In this document: in pieces, positions 63,491 through 64,000 of the stretch
Layout: the number at the start of each line of letters is the position of its first letter
Numbering within the stretch: the stretch's first letter is position 1
Assembly: GCF_947568905.1 (NCBI RefSeq)
Contig: NC_079171.1
Location: 16,244,001-16,308,000 of the forward strand
Source of the DNA: Ostrea edulis
Lineage: Eukaryota
Length of the DNA stretch: 64,000 nt
Direction: 5' to 3'
Position numbers and translations under genes: made by a program
Notes under the pieces: model-generated
Seen by the model: the letters and a program-made list of their open reading frames with translations, nothing else
What the model was told of the DNA's origin: nothing
Database searches by the model: none

Positions 63491-63743
63491 TGTGGTTATA
63501 GTGTTTGTATAATGGTGGATACCGCTTAAACTAGCTGACACACAGTCTACACACCCCTCTTTCTCCTGTTCTCATACATTGCCTCAGTGAATTTATGATG
63601 TATATATCATACATGTATATAGACGAGAGAGAAATTGCTTTGAATGAGTGATTTTTTTTAATTACGCGAAAATAGCAGTTGTGGACAGGTCAATGCTATT
63701 AAAACTCTGTTACATTGTACATGTATACCGGGCTTCGTCCAGA

Positions 63744-63784
<41 letters not shown>

Positions 63785-64000
63785 CCGCTAATTATTGACT
63801 GTTATTGTTATCAAAATATCTCAATTGTTTTTATTTTTTGTTTGTTTGTGTGTGTGTGTTTTGTTTTTGTGTCTTTTTTTTTGGGGGGGGGGGTGTTGGG
63901 GGTGTGTGCTTTTTATAAATTTGAAATAACAAATTTCAGAACCCCATATTTCGAATTTAATTCGTTATTTAAGAAATAAACTTCATTTCTGAAAATATAT

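Noticed and set aside
63728-63782. A36 tract as a retrocopy tail, or ccgggcttcgtccag as a Helitron 3' hairpin
   Set aside because: No TSD, no recognisable upstream body and no CTAG end.

Overview
AT-rich eukaryotic genomic DNA with spliced genes. The repeat families (Helentron/HINE elements with Cg170-like monomers, Deu- and Meta-domain SINEs, Kolobok-type TTAA MITEs) point to a bivalve, probably an oyster; this is inferred from the repeats, not proven. One conserved gene can be fully reconstructed: POC5 on the minus strand, 11 coding exons, 43824-56689, 591 aa, all phases consistent. Also present: an EGF-like/TM receptor gene (14082-17119) with a decayed paralog (35098-36355), and a two-exon fragment of a secreted Cys-rich protein (6013-6368). 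Mobile DNA includes a dead Tc1 (DD34E), three Gypsy elements (a Gmr1-like RT-RH-LTR relic with no downstream integrase, a decayed 5'-truncated copy, and a full-length copy with identical 176-bp LTRs nested in a Kolobok-like element), at least six copies of a structured Penelope-like 3' tail, SINEs, MITEs and many minisatellites. Best leads: the structured PLE tail, two degenerate hammerhead-like motifs, a near-perfect hairpin capped by GCGAAGC, a minisatellite amplified from a tRNA-SINE D-arm, a herpes-tegument-like deubiquitinase relic, and tandem repeats nucleated on splice donors. I did not find a clearly new, intact biological system. Family names come from motif recognition without database searches.
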